Shown: in pieces, positions 63,740 to 64,000 of the stretch
Numbering within the stretch: the stretch's first letter is position 1
How the letters are laid out: each line of letters begins with the position of its first letter
Origin: Escherichia coli O157 typing phage 13
Sequence record: KP869111
Direction: 5' to 3' (one strand)
Length of the DNA stretch: 64,000 nt
Notes under the pieces: generated by a model
The model's database searches: none
What the model saw: the letters and a program-made list of their open reading frames with translations, nothing else
What the model was told of the DNA's origin: nothing
Translations under genes and position numbers: made by a program

Positions 63740-64000
63740 TATTTATTCCTAAGAAAGTTTCAAGAATACGAATGTTATGCTCGCGCCGGTCTTTATTAAT
63801 TTCAGCAACGTTTTTATTAATTGACGTACTTCTAACGTTTGAAGAAATAAATTTAATCATATGACTTTTGAGTTGTTGCAAATCCAACCCTTTTTCTTTA
63901 GCAGCTTTACGAAGAGCTTTACCTGCTTCATCTAGGGCCTTTGCCGCATCTTTGTCATAATTGACAAGTGACGACGTTCCACGACAGATATCAATATACT
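63717..64000 (-). CDS. hypothetical protein, C-terminal ~94 codons (5' end beyond window)
   Basis: Open minus-strand frame from window edge to TAA at 63717-63719; not in ORF track because it lacks a start in-window. Confidence 0.45.

Overview
This window reads as a contiguous segment of a T4-type (Tequatrovirus-like) myovirus genome; many translated ORFs match T4 proteins as I recall them (e.g. gp23 major capsid, gp5, gp17, PNK, rIII, gp31), but nothing was database-checked. Layout: 3' truncated lysozyme e and nudE at the left edge; a small early region (e.x-like ORFs, ipI-like internal protein, 57B, 57A, gene 1, 3, 2, 4) on the minus strand; then the long plus-strand late block 53-5-5.1-5.4-6-7-8-9-10-11-12-wac-13-14-15-16-17-18-19-20-67-68-21-22-23-24; rnlB/hoc/inh on minus; uvsW, uvsY, baseplate hub genes 25-26-51-27-28-29-48-54; and a minus-strand early region with alt, DNA ligase 30, a variable block of small genes, rIII, 31, cd and pseT. 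Regulatory architecture is T4-like: TATAAATA late promoters, MotA-box middle promoters, a family of GTTTAC/TGTGATACTAT early promoters, and GC-rich tetraloop hairpins. Most unusual items: an AroG-type DAHP synthase translationally coupled upstream of cd; a NADAR (YbiA-like) plus HAD-phosphatase pair co-transcribed with DNA ligase near alt; an opposite-strand early gene inserted between capsid genes 23 and 24; a 268-bp ORF-free region downstream of rIII; and tandem diverged early cassettes, one with a perfect 10-bp inverted repeat around its -10. No tRNA, CRISPR, intron or homing-endonuclease genes were seen. Three N-runs are masked bases. Motif coordinates were read by eye and may be off by 1-2 nt.
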